A DNA stretch of 64,000 bases from Lepidodermella squamata (taxonomy: Eukaryota > Animalia > Gastrotricha), in contig JBLDXI010000009.1 of NCBI GenBank assembly GCA_047495785.1, positions 1,674,001 to 1,738,000 of the forward strand, written 5' to 3'. Positions 14,112-27,400 of the stretch are shown here, one piece after another. Under the pieces are notes generated by a model. That model was not told the origin of the DNA, did no database searches, and saw only the letters and a list, made by a program, of their open reading frames with translations. The translations under genes were made by a program, and so were the position numbers. Numbering within the stretch: the first letter of the stretch is position 1; every line of letters begins with the position of its first letter.

Positions 14112-17100
14112 ATGACGGACCTCTTGAAGTCAGCCTTCAGCTATTTGAGCAGCGCTGCGGCTGGTTCTCAGAAGTCAGCTGAGCAAGGCCCACACGATGA
14201 TACAAGCTTCGTTGGTCAAGTTGTCGATATATCTAATCATAAACTTCGCGTTCGGAAGGCGATTGCTGAGGGTGGTTTTGGAATAGTTTACATCGCTCAA
14301 GATGTTCAAAGCGGCAAAGATTTTACTATTAAACGAATGTTTGCGCACGAGCACGATCGAGTGGAAAGCGTGATAAGCGAAATAAACATATTGAGGAAGC
14401 TCACTGGTCATGTTAATATTGTGGAGTTCATTGCTGCAGCGTCTGACCAGGACAAAGAATTCCTTATTTTGACGGAATTTTGTGGCGGCGGATCCCTAGC
14501 CGATCACCTTCAGAAGCAGCGTCTGGAATCCTTTTCAGAAGTTCTTCAAGTATTTTATCAAATATGCCAAGCTCTTCGGCATTTGCACAGTCAGAATCCG
14601 CCGATAATTCATCGTGACATGAAGGTGAACAAATGCCATTTCAATTTTGTTGCAATTATGCAATTGTTTTTTAGATTGAAAATCTTCTGCTGTCTGACAA
14701 GTATTACATTAAGCTCATTGATTTCGGTAGTGCGACCACATCTTCTTACTCTCCGGATTCATCATGGACTGGGGCGAAACGTTCATTTGTTGAGGATGAG
14801 GTCTGTTGAATTACCAACTAACTCTAGAATTCAATATACCTATGTGCTTTGTCTAGATGACGAGGAACACGACTCCCATGTACCGACCTCCGGAAATACT
14901 GGACCTTTATCAAAACTTGCCCATCAACGAAGCTATCGATATCTGGGCAGTTGGATGCGTTTTGTATGTTCTATGCTTCAACGAGCACCCCTATAGTGAC
15001 TCGTCAAAACTCCGCATTGTAAATGCCAACTATCCGACGGCGCCTTTGAATAACGATACAACATTCAACCATTTTCACGATCTTATTCGTAAGTTATCTG
15101 CTAATATCATGCTCGATCAAATAAAAACTGTTTCTGATAGGTGGATGTTTCATGGTCGATCCTCGCCAACGGCCTAAAATTACGGACATCTTGGATCGCT
15201 TAGCGGAATTCGCCGAAACTTTGAGTATCCCTTTAGCGAAACCACTGCGTTTTTTCGCCGGGCGGTTGCCCCAGCAACCTGTTGCTCAGGGTCCCCCACC
15301 ACCCGGCACGGCCCTACCCCGAAGTCCTCCGATTGCCAGGTCTGCATCCCCTAATAGCCCTAATATTGCCAATAGCCAAGCTCATGGCGGTGGAGGTACT
15401 GGTGGTATTGCCCCTTCTTACGGTGGCGGCCCTGTTTCTGCTTCTGCTGCTAATGCAAATCAGGGTTATTTCAGTGGCCAGCTCATGAACCAGCTTAAAG
15501 GCCAAGCTGGATCGCTTGTGAAAAATTTGAAAGATGCGTCGAGCAAAATGGTCGATGTTGTTTCTTCTAGTGTGACGAAAACTGACCTTGACATCTCGCA
15601 CATAACCTCGCGTCTCCTCGTCATGTCTCAGCCGTCAGAGGGCGTTGAAACCATGGTCGCTCGTAACAACATCGATGAAGTTCGAGCGTGGCTGGATGCA
15701 AAATATTACGGCGTCTATGCAGTTTTCAATCTATCGGCAGCGTGTAAATACCGACACGCCAAATTTGACAACCGCGTTTCGGAGGCTGGTTGGGTGCCAG
15801 AGCGAGTGCCGCCTCTTGCCAAATTGTTCTCGCTTTGCCATCAAATGTTCTCCTGGCTCTGCCAGAAACAACAACACGTGATTGTTGTGCATTGCTCGGA
15901 CGGCCGGTCGCAATCGCCCATCGCAGTTTGCGCCTTACTTTGTTTTGTTGGAGCTTTTGAGGTAGCATTTTGATCATTTTTTAAGGCGGGTTTTACAAAT
16001 TGGTTTTTAGGATGCATCAAATGCTGCGCAGCTTTTTGCAACCCGCCGTGGTCCGTCTCAGATAACTGCATCGATGCTTCGCTACTGCCAATACATTGCC
16101 AGAATACGCAGCGGCTACAAACCGCACGACAAGCCTTTCCAACTCAACTACGTCGTTCTCAAATCGGTTCCTGTTGTGAATCGCCAAAGAACCGGGTGCA
16201 AGCCCTACGTTGAAATTCACTGCGGCGATCAGTTGGTGCACACTAGTCAACGCGACTACGATTTGCTGCGCCAGTATACGAGTGACGACAAAACTGTTCA
16301 ATTTCCAATTAATGTAACTGTCTATGGAGATGTTACCATATCTGTTTATCACGCAAGGTCGACTATTACGGATCGAATGCAAGGAAAGGTAAAAAAAACC
16401 GAAAAATTCCACCTTCAGGCGTTATTTTTTACTTTATTTTGTAGCTTTCCTCGGTAAAAATCTGTCAAATCCAGTTCCACACTGGCTTTTTCAACGAAGA
16501 GAATGTGAAAGCGCCTATCGACTATGATCGAAGCGAAATTGATCTCTTTGAGAATGCGCCAGGCACATTCAAGCCTGATTTTGGCGTAGTTTTCGAGCTC
16601 CACCAGCCTAACGCCGCGCAATTCAGCTCCCAGCGATCTGTCCTAACTGCGAAAACCTCCCCGTGGAACGACTACAATTTTTCGGCGAAAATCAGCCCTG
16701 AGCTCGTTTTCAGCTCACCTGATGAGATGTATGCATTGACTAAAGGGTTCAAGTCAGGCCGAGGCCGGCGCTATGAAGACGAAGATGTAGATGGCACGCA
16801 TGGCGCAGGTTTGCTTGACGACGAGTCGGGTGATTCAACAGGTGGTTCGCCCGCCGTTTCACCGAGAAACCAGCAAAATCGAGCTCCTGAACGACCGGCT
16901 GCTCCTTCCCTGCCTCCCCGCCCCGAGGGCCAGTACGGCAGTGCGGAAAAGCAAAGATCTCAATTCTACCTGGACGATAAGCAGCAGCCGGAACTACCGG
17001 CCAGGCCGAAGAATACTATCGACTTTGAGGCTGATTTCAGCATCTTTTCGCCAGCGATTGGTTAGATTTTGAAACTTGCGGTAATGACAGTTTATTTGAG

Positions 17101-18458
17101 AAACTATTTAGATGCAAATTCGACTTCTGATACCTCCTCGCAAAACCAAGCACCCCTGGTTGATATTTGGCCTGGTGACCCGACACCCGCTGCTGTGCAA
17201 AGCAATCGAGGATCTGGTGTTTCAGCCGATCGAGATTCTAACTCGTTATTTGATCTGGGCGCCCCGGTGGCTGAGAGGCAAGCATCGCATTCCTCAAGTT
17301 TGTTTTTCTAAAAAAAATACCTATTAGCCCGATTATTTACTCTTGAATTTTAGATGTTTCAGATCAAACCAGCCAGCCGAAAGCTGATAACCCGTTTTTG
17401 GTTGATTTCGGTGATGCTTCAGCCCCTGCACCGACAGCAGTTCAATCTGATATATTTGGCGTGGCCGAACCCGTGCCAGCCGCCCGTCCGACCCCTGGCG
17501 GTGAAGATTTATTCGGTTTATTTGCCGCTGCAGCCCCATCGGCATTGCCCAGCCAAAGCAAACCAGTCGTCGAAACTGAAATCCTGGGCGATTCTGTCCC
17601 AGTTTTACAGCCATCAGCTGCTAATTCGCAACAGCAGCAAAACCAGCAATCTGCTAGCAAAGATCCATTTGCTGATATTTGTAAGCTTGGTTTACTATTT
17701 AATTAAAATAATCATGATTTTTTGTAACAGTTGGAGGCTCAAACTTCAATCCAAGTAACCGAAAGCAGCCAATGGGTGCAATGGCAGGTCCGGCTAGACC
17801 TCAAGCCCCTGTTATGGCTGCTCCGGGAGCGCGACCTGCCGCACCTGGGGTGATGAATCCGAATGCTTATGTTCCTAGACGTGAGTTTTTCTGCTTCAAA
17901 TTTTGGCTGTCTTGACGAATATATTTTAATTTTCCAGCTTATTCAGCTAGTCCTGTCCCAACACCTCAAGCTCCACCTCAAAATCCAAACAGAGCATCAC
18001 CTGCTCCCAACGCTACCCGGGCCGCAGTCAACCCTTCACCCACCCCTCAACAGCAACCAAAAGACTCAGATCCGTTCGCCGAAATATTCGGAGGCATGCC
18101 TTCAATGAAATCGAACTCAAAGACGACGATGGGGGCTATGCGCAATGAGCAGCTAATCAAAGACAACGACCCCGAGGTAGTGCGAGTGCGTCTGTGGGCC
18201 GAGGGCAAGACTAACAACATCCGAGCGTTGCTGAGCACCATGGACAAGGTGCTGTGGGAAGAGGGCCTCGCGAAATGGGAGCCGGTGCCCATCCATCAAC
18301 TGGTCAAGGCCTCCGAAGTCAAGCGGGCATACAAAAAAGCAGTTTTAGTGATTCACCCGGATAAACACGTTAATACGCCAAACGAGCGGATCGCACGACT
18401 GGTTTTCGTCGAGCTAAACGAAGCGTGGTCCGAATTCGAAAAGGAAGCGCAGTTATAG
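14112..18458 (+). CDS. GAK: Cyclin G-associated kinase / auxilin (NAK kinase, PTEN-like, C2, DPF motifs, J domain), multi-exon
   Basis: IAEGGFGIVY, HRDMK, TTPMYRPPE kinase motifs; tensin/PTEN-like HCSDGRSQS; C2 region; DPF motifs; terminal J domain NIRALLST...IHPDK...ELNEAW. Confidence 0.96.
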
Positions 18459-19353
18459 ATTATTTACTCTCTTAAAAAATGCATTCAGAAGAAAAGTATT
18501 TGTTCGAGAAATGCTGTTATTATATTATAAATTATTAGTTGGTTACGAATGCTTCACTTACTTTGGCTTCTGTGATTGTTCGAAGAAAAGAAAGCACCAG
18601 GCGCTTTTTGATATTACTGAACTCCTTTGGAATGAATGTTTTTGTAACGCGACCCGTGCCTTGGCTGTTCTGTAATTTCAAATCGCACCTCCTTAAACTA
18701 ACCGATAGAATGCTACTGCACGGTGCTTTTCTAGACTAAAAAACGGCTTTATTTTTTGTTGTAGAACCAGATGATAGACAAATATCGTAGTTATATGGTG
18801 ACATCACTGCTTTTACCATATTTGGTTCTTATTTTAACTGGAGATGATATACTTTTTAATTAGCCATTTATTTCAATGTAATTATCTCGCTTCAATGTGT
18901 TAGCTTGTCAGTAATTTGGTGTTGATACCGAAACCTTGTGATTATTGTGAAAAAGTAAGTGAAAATACCAGATTTTTTCCAGTAATAATACAATTTAAGC
19001 TGCTCTTTTTAAATTTATATGATACTATCATTTCGTGCAATTTCGCTCGATATTCGAACCAGTGTAACAATTTGGGTGTCATTTTTTTCAGGTTGCATTC
19101 ATCGTTTCTCTTGCGCGGTTGTTCTGGTCATGTGTCTGCGTAAATATTTATGGAATAATTGCGGGACAGTTATATTATATTACGGCTCCTCGCTCGCTTT
19201 CACGTGCTCCTTTGTGTTTGCCGATTTATAAATGTTACTTAACATGAACTAAAATATTATTATTATTATATATTACGGAATTGAAAGTAAAAATTGAATT
19301 CAGGGAAACCATTTTTTGTTTCGTAGGATATAAACCGCCTTAAAACTTGAAAA

Positions 19354-21217
19354 ATGGCGCTGAATCGGCTTATGCATCCTGATAACATTTACAAATCGAA
19401 GCAGCCAAATTTCTTAGACCTGGCTATGAAATATCCTGCTTTCGCAAATTTCGTCTCAATGGACGTGACTAATCGCGCAAAACTTGACTATTCGGTGCGA
19501 ATATTCTCATATTCAGATGTAAATATTTTGATATTTTAATCAGAATCCTGAAGCATTACGGCAGCTTGCGATTGTTTTACTGAAAGAAGACTTCGATCTG
19601 AGTGTTGATCTCCCGACCGATCGACTAGTTCCAACCATTCCATTACGCATAAACTATTTACTGTGGTTGGGCGATATATTCGAGAAGGCCAAAGGCCTGA
19701 ATGGCCTTGATATTGGTAGGTGAATCGCTTCAATTTATAGTAAAGTTGGTATATTGATATTATCAGGTGCTGGTGCTTCTTGCATCTATCCCTTAATTGG
19801 CAATAAATTGTTCGACTGGAACTTCGTGGCTATTGAATCAGACGACACAAACTACGAATTTGCAAGCAAAAATGTGATTGGTAATTTTTTAATAATACGC
19901 TTTTATGTTAAAAAATGCGTTGATAACTCTACAGCTAATGGCAAGCAGGAAGCTATAAAAGTTGTCAAGGTTAACAACGAGACGGATTTCGCCAACTTGG
20001 TTCGAGATCAGGACGTTAAATTTGACTTCTGCATGTGCAATCCCCCGTTCTATTCTTCACCTGATGAGCACAATGTAAGCCAAAATCGAATAGCCGAAAC
20101 TTGAAAAAAATCGAGTATTTTATTGTTAGAAATGTCGCACATCACGTCGACCGAAGCCTCATGGCGCAAATACAGCAAATGTGGTCGAAAGCGTAACCCC
20201 TGGCGGGGAGGTAGAATTCGTGAAAAAAGTTATCCTCGCCAGTTTTCAGCTTCGTGATCGCATCAAAGTCTACACGACTATGCTTGGCAAAAAGTCGAGT
20301 CTGTCGCCACTGCGAAAAATGCTCGTTGAAGCTGGCGTACCTCAAATTGGCCACAGCGAATTCTGCCAGGGCCGCACTATGCGCTGGGGATTGGCTTGGT
20401 CTTTCGATAACTCAATTCATTTCCCGGTAAATTTTTAGATTTTTCCTAAAAATTTGCATAAATATTGTTTAAATAGAAATCAACTTTGGAGCAATATCAC
20501 GCGACTAGAGCCACACCTCTCCGCCTTAATATTTCATCATCAACCTGCGCATTGCCAAATTTCTCTATTGAAGAACTTCAGAACTTTATCGTTCGAACGT
20601 TGAGTGATTTGGGCGAAATTTCGATCGAACTGGTCCGATCTGCGAGTAATTGCCGCGTTTTCATTGTTAAAGCAACCGCTGCGACCTGGGCGAATCAGCG
20701 TGCGAAACGCCGGGCTGCCGCTCGTCTAGCGAAATGTACCGACATGGCAGCCGCTGCCTTTGCCGCGGCCGATAACAACAACTCGAATTCGTCGAATGAA
20801 GCGCAGATGCGTGATTCGCCACCGAAGAATGGCGATGCCAACGCCCTGAAGCGACCCCTGGAAGAGGGCCAGTGGATTCATACTGAGGGCGCGAATTCTA
20901 GCGATGAAGATGAGGACGACGTTGAGGTGAAGAAGTTGCGATCTGATCTGGAGAATGAAGGGGCGAACGGCGGGGATGGCGATAGCGCTATTGGCCGAAC
21001 CCCGACGCCAAGTGATGGAAAACGGGCGATTTTGAAGTGCTATTTGACGCTGAAATTGATGCCGGATAAAACGGTTTCTCTCGAGTTGAATTTCATTGCT
21101 GGAGATGATAAAGAGTCGATGCATCAAGTTTATCAATTTTTGAAGAATAAATTGATGGCAAGACCTCAAGCTGGCAACGCGGCTGAACCTGTTGCGATTG
21201 AAATGCTGCAGAAATAG
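19354..21217 (+). CDS. METTL16: RNA N6-adenosine methyltransferase METTL16 (U6 snRNA m6A), multi-exon
   Basis: MHPDNIY N-terminus, LDIG|AGASCIYPLIG SAM motif, FCMCNPPFY catalytic motif, EFCQGRTMRWGLAWSF, VCR-like C-terminus ending HQVYQFLKNKL. Confidence 0.95.
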
Positions 21218-21721
21218 TGACACAATGTGACATTCATGTGATTTTCTTGTCGAATATCGAAGATTTCTCTGCTCATTATTCTTGATGTTTGCCAATAAAA
21301 TATTGTATTTTTGAGTGTGAATTTAATAATTTGTTTTTTATGTAACCAGGTATTGGTTAGTTATTTGATATCGAGTGCTTGAATTTAATTTTATGAGTTA
21401 AGTGACCAATCAAAAGGAATCCAGGTTAAAAAGTATTGTAAATCATGAAGTTATTTATAAATCATGCTCAGGTTGTTTACGGATAATCCGACAGGTATAT
21501 CAAGAATTTTTCATTTTTTCAGAGAGAAGAGTATAGTTAACTGTTTTTAGCTGCTTTCTCCAATTAAAAGCAAACACCGCGGAATTGATTGCAACGCGAG
21601 TGAATCTAAGGATTCTCAGACTAGCTTAATGCTGTTCAAATACTAATAGATGGATATAACAGACTTCGTGATGGAAGGCGTGCCAGTTCACGCTTTATCG
21701 TCGCACCGTTTCGACTAGGCA

Positions 21722-23853
21722 ATGACTTCGGTGGCACTTTTCATCGCTATTTTGCCATTATTGCGGTTATTTTCGTCTGTCGAAGGAATGCTATTATCAT
21801 TCTGCGTCAGGGCGAATGAAGATACAGGGGCAGAGATGATGAGATATCACTGTGAAAATGGCGGCACTTGTGAAAGAATGAAATGCAAATGCACAGATGG
21901 CTTCTTTGGTGAGAAATGCGATCAAACCAAGCAGCCTACCACCATCAGTGCACCAACGCGTAATTTTACATTTTCATCGCCCGAAGGATGCATCTGATTA
22001 TTCAAATTTGATAGAAAAATGGAATATACCTCCTCAAAATAACAGTAAGTGCGAAGTTAATTTAACTTTTTCAGTTTTTTCAGTGAACAGCACTAATTTA
22101 AAGATCCACCAGTAGATGTAGTACCAACAACAGATGCAGCAGCAGAGCAAGAAAGTATGTTCAGCGATATTTCTGTTGGACGAATTTTAGTATAGCTACG
22201 AATCTTAGCTGTAGCTCCAACTGAATCACCAACAGCGCAGTTTACAGCTCCAACTGCTCGAAGTCAGACAACAGTAACAGGTTGGCGTCAGAAATTAACA
22301 ATGCTTATAAGATTTTGAGTTTCTATTGCGAATCTTATAGCTTTAACTGCATCGCCAACAGAACAGTTTACACCTTCAAATGCATCACCAACAGCACAGA
22401 TTACAGTTCCACAGGCATCACCAACAGCGCAGTTTACAGCTCCAACTGCTCAAAGTCAGACACCAACAGTAACAGGTAGACGTCAGAAATGTATAATTGT
22501 CTCCTATATCTCAGTCATTTGTCCTAATTTCAGCGATGAATAATGCAGTAAACGCGCCGACGATTCCGGTGGTCAAACAGACTACGACTTCAACCGAGCT
22601 GTCGTCTCAAACATCCCCTACTACGACTACTACTACTACTGCTACTACTACTAAATTGCAACCTCCGAGGACTCAACAGCAACAACGCCAAGTTGTCCTC
22701 TTCAACTCAGTGGACGATAATTCACCGTTACCCGAGGCGAATGCGATTCCGAAGCTGCCCATTGCCGACATGGTCAAAATATGCCGTGACGTTTCTCCGT
22801 TGGTTCGCGCACCCAAGTTGGTCAAAGATCAGCCGCTGGAACTTTCAGTTGCTCTAAACGCAGACCGTATCGTCGAAATATCCGAAGAGGATCACACGGT
22901 GGCAATTTCAGCGACTCTCAAGTAAGGATCACCTTAGTTTTCTCAAGCGACCTACTTATTTCTCCGATTTATACAGATTAAAGTGGAATGTCTCTACGTG
23001 CCTGAATTTAGGTGTCGATTTCGACCGAGTTTTAGTATTATCAGATGACGATATCTGGCACCCTTCGACCAACTTCGAAAATGCTGCTTTGGATTCAGCT
23101 TTGGGCGATCCCTTTCTCTCGAGTCGCATTGAAGTAGTAATCGTCCAAAACGATAAAGAGAACACGACCAGTGTTATTTTTTATTGGAAACGACGGGGTA
23201 TTTTCAAGGCTTCGTGTAATTTCGACTTTGCCTTGTTCCCGTTCGATACTCAAGATTGTACTTTTTCGTTTCATCTACACGATGGAGCTAACTTAATGGC
23301 ATTTTCGAGGAGTAAGTTCAGGAAACCTTCGTCGTCCCCTGAATGGGCTGTTGAAAGCGTTTCGTCTGAAACTTCGACGAAATCGCTTGATGACGACACG
23401 GTCAGCCAGGCAGTTTTTCACCTAAAACTGAAACGCATTCCGAATTACTACGTCCAAAATCTGGTTGGACCTTGTATCGTGTTTGCAATACTTCAAATCG
23501 CAGCTTTAATCCTACCGGCTGAAATGAACGACAAAGCTTGCTTTTGTATCTATCTCATGCTAGCGATGTATGTTCAAGAGTCGCAGATACTCGCGACTGT
23601 TCCGAAAGTTAATCAAACTGTTCTGCTGATCGAACACGTTACAGCCCTAAAGCTGATATGCGGTCTCGGCTGCTTTTATTCTGTAATTTGCATGTGGCTA
23701 ATGGCTTACTACCCGAAAATGGCTAAGAAGACATTTGCTACAAAATCCATCGGTAATGTTCGTCTGATAAGCATTTGCGATGTTATTGCCGTAGTGTTAA
23801 CGCTGATCGGCTTTGCTATTTCAAGTTTCATATTTTGGAAGGAATCACGATGA
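21722..23853 (+). CDS. Divergent Cys-loop (pentameric) ligand-gated ion channel subunit with N-terminal EGF-like domain and Ser/Thr/Pro mucin stalk
   Basis: Exons ~21722-21959, 22015-22044, 22116-22154, 22209-22280, 22341-22475, 22534-22921, 22977-23853 join in frame; signal peptide; EGF CENGGTC..CKCTDGFFGEKC; IWHPS..F.N; Cys-loop CNFDFALFPFDTQDC; LKRIPNYY pre-M1; four TM segments. Confidence 0.8.
22209..22475 (+). repeat. Duplicated exon pair and 33-nt (11-aa ASPTxQFTxPx) coding repeats in the mucin stalk
   Basis: tcaccaacagcgcagtttacagctccaactgctc..agtcagaca..acagtaacagg occurs at ~22226-22281 and ~22418-22476; three 33-nt units in the second exon. Confidence 0.85.
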
Positions 23854-24493
23854 TAAAATCGAGAAATAAAAAACTTATTACTTGGAATATCGCTATTCAA
23901 AGGAACCAATTTTCAAAGGAAATCTGCCGTGATTTAAGGAATCTTGGATGGCACAGAGTAGAATCCAATATTGCTTTTCTCCTATGTGTCTGCTGAAAAC
24001 TCGGAGAAACGCAGCTAGAAAGTGCGGGAAAAAGTGATCTTGCACGCCATTTATATAGGAAAATACGATAATAAAAAGTCCATCTTAATAAAAGTGTTTC
24101 TGCATTGTTTGCTTTGTTTGCATAGTTTTTTAGCCTCAATCATAGGAGAAATTATTTTCCTTCCCATGCCCAGTTGTTCATGGTGCTCCACCACTTGGCT
24201 ATGCTACGGTATATTCATCTTATATACTTTTTTGCGCCTACTTATCCGCATAAATATTTGATAAGCCCAATGATTTACTCGCAGACATGACTCATGTCTA
24301 TTATTAAGTCTGACGTGGTACACCAAGCTATATCGCCGCTATCAGCTATTTGCGATTTAGGGTGGAACTTACCTGATAGGAGATAGTGATTCATTTTAAG
24401 ATATGATTCATCTTAAAAACAAAATTACATCAGATAATAAACGACAAAATTGCAAACTATTTTTTCTATAAGTGGCACTATAGACTTTTTATA

Positions 24494-27400
24494 ATGGCAA
24501 GTAATCAGAGGAAACCTGCGGTCGGAAGGGGCCGTGCGTTCTTTCAAAACAGATCAACCAATCCTCCAGCCTCAGCTAGTAATTCCAATGAGACGAAAGA
24601 AGTCAGCGCTGAGCGTAATATTGGTAACGCTAGGAGCTCACCAGAGGCTCATCCGCAATTCGAGGTAAGCTTATAAAATGGATTAATATGGCACGTAGTC
24701 TACTTTTTTTTTTATGGAAAAAGGATGCTATAGTTAAGGTAGAGCAAGCAGTAAGTAATCTGGTCCTCATTGATGGCAGTGAGTTATGAATTTCATTTTC
24801 GGAATATCATTGAATCACTTCCTCAAATTATTCCGTAGAGCCAATAGCGCGTCCGAAAGATCGGGATGGAAATTTTCTGTATTGCACTCTGGGCGATGAG
24901 AATCGAAACATTCGGACCAATCACTTCGAGGTGGACATAGATGTCGCGCAACAGCCAGAAATCTACTGCTACGACATTGACGTTATCGATGCTAATCGGC
25001 CGAATGCTCGCGTCCTTGCGCAAAAGAAGCGGCAAGTAGTTGACGCGGCTTGGAGCGAAGCTGTCCGCCACTTCAACGTTCCTCCCCGTCAAAAGGGCAA
25101 CAATGCTTACGGTTACGGCTACGATGGCAACACTCAGATGTTCACGTGCATCAAGCTTGAAATCGAAAAGGTTGATAGTCTTTTAGATTCCTTCAGTTTC
25201 CAAAGTAATTTATGTATGAACAGCTCCCCGAAGGAGTAGAGATCAGGTTGGAAGAAGAAGTCTTCACTATCAAAATTCGAAGCTATTCGGGCTTTCATCG
25301 GCTGTCTGATCTCGTTCAATGTGTGAAATCAGGGGAAGGTGATTGTACGTCAATTGTCACCGCGTTGGACATTGTCATGCTAACAAAAGCAAAACTAAGG
25401 TAAGCCTCAGTTTTGTTCGATTTCAAAATTCAATTAAGATGCGGCCACTACTTTAAGGCATGAGATCAACGGAAGATCTCTGTTTTATTATCCGCCTGCA
25501 AACAACAGAATGGAAGTTCTACATGGAGGATATCGAGAGTTTTGGTCAGGTTTTTTCGCAAGCATTCGACCTGGAGAGGACAAGGTTACTTTGAATGCCG
25601 ATGGTAATAATTGTTTGCTATGTTTGATTTGCGTGAAAATTCGTTTGGAAATAATAGTTACGGCGACAGTCGTTTTGCAAGGTTATACTATCACCGAATT
25701 GTTTGAATCTTACGAACGAGACGGGATTAGGCAACTGAATGATTTCTTGAATGGTATGTTTGTTTCGCTGGAATTCAGATTTGACAGTCAACTTTCCCCT
25801 TTTTAAGGACTAAGCAAGAACAACGGCTTAGAAATGTACACTGGATTCAATTGGCAACCAGCTCACGGCAGAATCAGGAAGTTTGAGGCTTTGGATCACA
25901 GAACGGCGAGAACGCATTCGTATGATATATGATGATAATATGCTAAGCTTGGTTAAGCTTGAACCTTGTTAATTCATAGATTCACCCATGACGGCCGTTC
26001 GATGACCGTGGAGCAATACTTTGCCGAAATTAAAGGCTACCGCCTTAAAAATCCTAATCTACCTCTTGTTAAGGTAAGTAACATTTAATATTTTCAAAGC
26101 TGGCTTCGAAATTTCGAATTGTTCGAAAGGCCCGCAACAACCGCATCGAAGAGTTTCACCCGATGGAGCTCTGCGCCATTGTACCCAACTAGGTTGTGGC
26201 TTTGAAGAAAGGAAGCGACGAGCAAAATCAGCTGATCAAATACATTGGAGGCATTAGCCCGCTGAGACGTTATTCATCCACTAGAAACGATTTGGTTGCA
26301 CGCCTTCTGACGCCGGAGACAACGGCTCTTCTCGAGGATTTCAACATAACAGTAAATACGGAGCCGATCAATGTCGATCGAGCTCGAACTTTGCCGCCGG
26401 TTTCGATTGAAGCTGGGAAGCTGAATAATGATTGTTCTGTTCAACCGGATAGAAGCCCAGGCGCGTTCCGGCTAGGAATGAAGCAACCTTTCTACAAACC
26501 AGCTGTTCTGGGTAAACAATGGGCTATTGTCACCACTCCCGTGGGTAACAGGGCTAGACAAGCCCTTGAAAGCCTTGGTATCAATAAGTGGATTAGGAGC
26601 TTGACGGATGCAATGAAGAAAAGAGGCATTATTTGCGAAGATGCTTCGGCTCAAGTGTCTTGCGGAAACGAAAACCAGCTGGAGCAAGCATTCAGTGGTT
26701 TCCAGAAGCAAGGCATCAGGCTTGTGATTTGTCTAATTGATAAATCAAACACACGAGCTGATCAGCCAGATTTCTATTGTAATTACCTATCAGACCACAT
26801 TCCGAAGTTCACATTCAACTTATTAATTTTTCAGCTCTTTTGAAGAAAATTGCGGACACACGATATTTCTTGGCAACCCAATGTGTAGACGTGAGCAAGG
26901 GTGATCGAACGATTACAAGCCCGTCATACTTGGATAATATCGTCCTTGGCATCAATGATAAATTGGGCGGCATTAATTACGTTGTGTCGAAAGAGTCATT
27001 CAGCCGGCTGAAATTAAGGCACTTGATGAGCGAAGAACCAGTAATGCTGCTTGGCGCAGATGTAACTCATCCAGGCTTCGGCGAGAAAACGAAGCCATCG
27101 ATTGCAGCTGTTGTTGGAAATATCGACCGTGAAGGAATCAAATACGTCGCTGCCATCACTGCCCAATATAAAACTGCTGCTAAAAAGGTAGGCCCCGGGC
27201 CTTGCTAATAATTTATATTATCTAATAATTATTTTAGAGTGGAACAGTTGAACCTATCAAAGACATGAAAGGCTCGGTTTTAAAGCTGCTGGCCCGCTAC
27301 CAACAAGAGCGTGGATGCCTGCCGAGTCGTATCATAATGTTTCGGGACGGCGTTTCCGAGGGGCAATTTCCCACGGTTTTCCGAGAAGAGCTTCCTCAAA

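Noticed and set aside
15890-15920. Loss of the catalytic Arg in the GAK PTEN-like domain
   Set aside because: Normal for auxilin/GAK pseudophosphatase domains.
24650-24664. Strep-tag-like HPQFE in Argonaute A
   Set aside because: Five-residue coincidence at a native exon end.
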